From a virus, in IMG/VR virus record IMGVR_UViG_3300045988_085215, positions 1-34,584 of that record: DNA of 34,584 bases. One strand, given 5' to 3'. Under the pieces are notes generated by a model, which saw nothing but the letters and a program-made list of their open reading frames with translations, made no database searches and was not told the DNA's origin. This document shows positions 32,813-34,584 of this stretch, in pieces; within the stretch, counting starts at the first letter, position 1; every line of letters begins with the position of its first letter. A program made the position numbers and the translations under genes.

Positions 32813-33332
32813 TGCTGAGAAATATAAGGAACAACTTAGAAATGTAAACAGAGATACAGCAACGTTTGAGCGTTGGGGTTTTGACAAAAGGATAAAGGCA
32901 TTTACACCGTGCGGATGTATCTTCTGCAAAAATTGTGCTATGAACGAGTTAAAAGAGAAGCAAGGAGAGAAAGACTATGTCGGTTGTAATCATGCTAGAA
33001 TGACTTGGCTATTATCTGAGTATGAAGAACCTATCATGCTTACAGAACTAGAGTATAATATTTTGAAGTTTATTGCAGATAATACAAACAATATATATAT
33101 TGCTAGAGACATGAAAGGAAGCTTGTTCCTATATGAGCAAGAACCTAAAAAAATGATTACCGATAATTTTTGGATTGGACGAGGAGTTACACCGTTAACG
33201 CCATTCGATAAATTGTTTAGATTTGTCATGTGGGAAGACAAAGAACCTTATTCAATCAAGGAAATTTTAAAACATTGCCGTGTGATTGGTGATAATATAG
33301 CGGTGCATAAGGTAGGTGATGAAAAATGTTAA
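32799..33332 (+). CDS. hypothetical protein (177 aa), paralogue 2, Cys-containing N-terminus
   Basis: The C-terminal LEYNILKFI...YIARDMKGSLFLYEQEP...LFRFVMWEDKEPYSIKEIL is similar to the previous ORF. The N-terminus carries CGCIFCKNC...GC. Confidence 0.6.
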   Translation: MKMTNAEKYKEQLRNVNRDTATFERWGFDKRIKAFTPCGCIFCKNCAMNELKEKQGEKDYVGCNHARMTWLLSEYEEPIMLTELEYNILKFIADNTNNIYIARDMKGSLFLYEQEPKKMITDNFWIGRGVTPLTPFDKLFRFVMWEDKEPYSIKEILKHCRVIGDNIAVHKVGDEKC

Positions 33333-33547
33333 ATAATGAAGATTATAAAGTAAAAGACTATGGAAACGGATATATAACTAAAAAGATTGACTATTTCACT
33401 TATAGCCAATTTATGAATGAGTTAGAAGAACTTAAAAAAGACTATTATATTATTGGATATAAGGTTATTTCACAATTAGGAATTGCAAAAGTAACACTCT
33501 TTAAAAAAGGATTTAAAAGAAACAAGGAGCAAGCAGAGTATGAGTAA
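33326..33547 (+). CDS. hypothetical protein (73 aa)
   Basis: ORF in the overlapping gene chain. Confidence 0.55.
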   Translation: MLNNEDYKVKDYGNGYITKKIDYFTYSQFMNELEELKKDYYIIGYKVISQLGIAKVTLFKKGFKRNKEQAEYE

Positions 33548-33845
33548 TACAATAGGGATGGAACTTCACGAAGAAATTGTAACCGAGTTACAATACAAGT
33601 TAGAGGAGTTAGAACGTGATGTTGACGACTTAAACGAAGAAATAGCAGACAACGAACAGGCATATAAAGAAACCATTGTAGATTTAGAAAAAAAGATACT
33701 TAAAGTACTTGAAGACAAGAAGTGTAAAGAGTATGATGAAGCCGATGAATCTTACAACTATGGTATTGAAGTTTGTATCTGCTATGTAGAGGATTTATTC
33801 AAAGACTTATTAAATAAACTAGGAGGATATACAAATGTTGAATAG
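33540..33845 (+). CDS. hypothetical acidic coiled-coil protein (101 aa)
   Basis: ORF in the overlapping gene chain. Confidence 0.55.
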   Translation: MSNTIGMELHEEIVTELQYKLEELERDVDDLNEEIADNEQAYKETIVDLEKKILKVLEDKKCKEYDEADESYNYGIEVCICYVEDLFKDLLNKLGGYTNVE

Positions 33846-34254
33846 AGTTACACTAATTGGAAGAATGACAAGAGACCCCGAGTTAAGAAGAACAGGAAAC
33901 GGAAAGGCGGTTGCTTCTTTCAATTTAGCAGTTGGAAGAAACTACACACAAAGAGAAGGAGAGCCAACGGCTGATTTCATTAACGTAGTATGTTGGAGCA
34001 AGGTTGCAGAAAGCACGGCGCAGCATTGCGGTAAAGGCTCACTAGTTGGAGTTGATGGAAGGTTACAAACTAGAAATTATGAAAATAATCAAGGTCAGCG
34101 AGTATTTGTTACTGAGGTAATCGCTGATACTATTCAGTTTTTAGACCCTAAAGGAAACAACAACAGACAGGCAACACCAAAACAGGAAGCAACACAACCA
34201 ACAGTAGACAATAGCGCTATTAGAGAGTTTGAAGAAAGCGACATTCAATTTTAA
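33835..34254 (+). CDS. ssb: single-stranded DNA-binding protein
   Basis: [33 protein letters not shown]...FINVVCWSK...[16 protein letters not shown] is a canonical OB-fold SSB. It has an acidic C-terminal tip, EESDIQF. Confidence 0.95.
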   Translation: MLNRVTLIGRMTRDPELRRTGNGKAVASFNLAVGRNYTQREGEPTADFINVVCWSKVAESTAQHCGKGSLVGVDGRLQTRNYENNQGQRVFVTEVIADTIQFLDPKGNNNRQATPKQEATQPTVDNSAIREFEESDIQF

Positions 34255-34584
34255 TGAGTAAATACAATTCAAAAAAGACAATTATTGACGGTATAACGTT
34301 CGATTCTAAGAAAGAGGCTAGAAGGTACGTAGAACTAAAAAAGAAGGCTGAGAACGGAGAAATAAGCGATTTAAGGCTACAAGTACCCTTCGAACTTGTA
34401 CCGTCCTTTACAATCGAGATAGACGGCAAGAAAAGGAAACGAAGAAACATTCGCTATATAGCCGATTTCGTCTACTATGAGAACGGTCAAAAAGTTGTTG
34501 AAGATGTAAAAGGTAGGAAGACCGACATATACAAATTAAAAAAGAAATTGTTTGAATACAAATATAAGGTAACTATAAAGGAGA
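34254..34584 (+). CDS. DUF1064 protein (PD-(D/E)XK, putative resolvase-like); continues across the circular junction to position 60
   Basis: The ATG at 34254 overlaps the ssb stop codon. [50 protein letters not shown]...IRYIADFVYYENGQKVVEDVKG matches the DUF1064 pattern. There is no stop before the window end, and the frame continues through 1-60 to TAG. Confidence 0.85.
   Translation, partial: MSKYNSKKTIIDGITFDSKKEARRYVELKKKAENGEISDLRLQVPFELVPSFTIEIDGKKRKRRNIRYIADFVYYENGQKVVEDVKGRKTDIYKLKKKLFEYKYKVTIKE

Noticed and set aside
1-34584. Search for an integrase or excisionase, CI/S24 repressor, ParA/ParB, reverse transcriptase (DGR or retron), a restriction nuclease partner for the methylases, and known defence-system ATPases.
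   Set aside because: None of the ORF-track proteins shows the corresponding catalytic motifs on my reading. The absence is reported as an observation, not proven, and needs HMM searches.

Overview
The window is a complete tailed-phage genome. It is AT-rich, of the long non-contractile-tail type, and resembles phages of low-GC Firmicutes. An exact 55-bp overlap closes it (1-55 = 34530-34584), giving a unique length of 34,529 bp.

Plus strand, 0-19.8 kb:
- late-regulator-like HTH protein and HNH nuclease
- portal and MuF-like head protein
- an inserted membrane ORF plus a DNA methyltransferase
- large terminase, scaffold, major capsid and connectors
- major tail protein, a tail chaperone with a -1 frameshift site, and tape measure
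- Dit/Tal-like baseplate proteins
- a roughly 2.3-kb tail-fibre reading frame that is interrupted four times
- XkdX-like ORFs, then holin, XhlA-like protein and amidase

Minus strand, 19.8-23.3 kb:
- small unknown ORFs in three promoter-driven operons, including an RHH protein plus a second methyltransferase
- a Rep_3-type plasmid-like initiator with upstream iterons and an AT-rich tract

23.3-24.4 kb is a 1.1-kb non-coding region. It holds three paralogous promoter/5' hairpin/anti-SD/terminator cassettes (candidate sRNAs) and a repeat-flanked GC-rich island.

Plus strand, 24.4-34.6 kb: DnaB-like helicase, Cro-like HTH, Bro/KilAC antirepressor, YqaJ exonuclease, RecT, MazG-like protein, SSB, DUF1064 and many small unknown ORFs.

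I found no integrase, CI-type repressor, small terminase, tRNA or CRISPR array.

Most noteworthy:
1. the triplicated sRNA-like cassettes next to the plasmid-type origin
2. a plasmid-type replicon with no integration module, which makes this a candidate phage-plasmid
3. the tail-fibre gene broken by two homopolymer +1 frame changes and two in-frame TAG codons, with two more same-direction frame breaks in early genes
4. one promoter cassette reused about 11 times on both strands

All functional calls come from motifs read by eye and from synteny. No database search was run.
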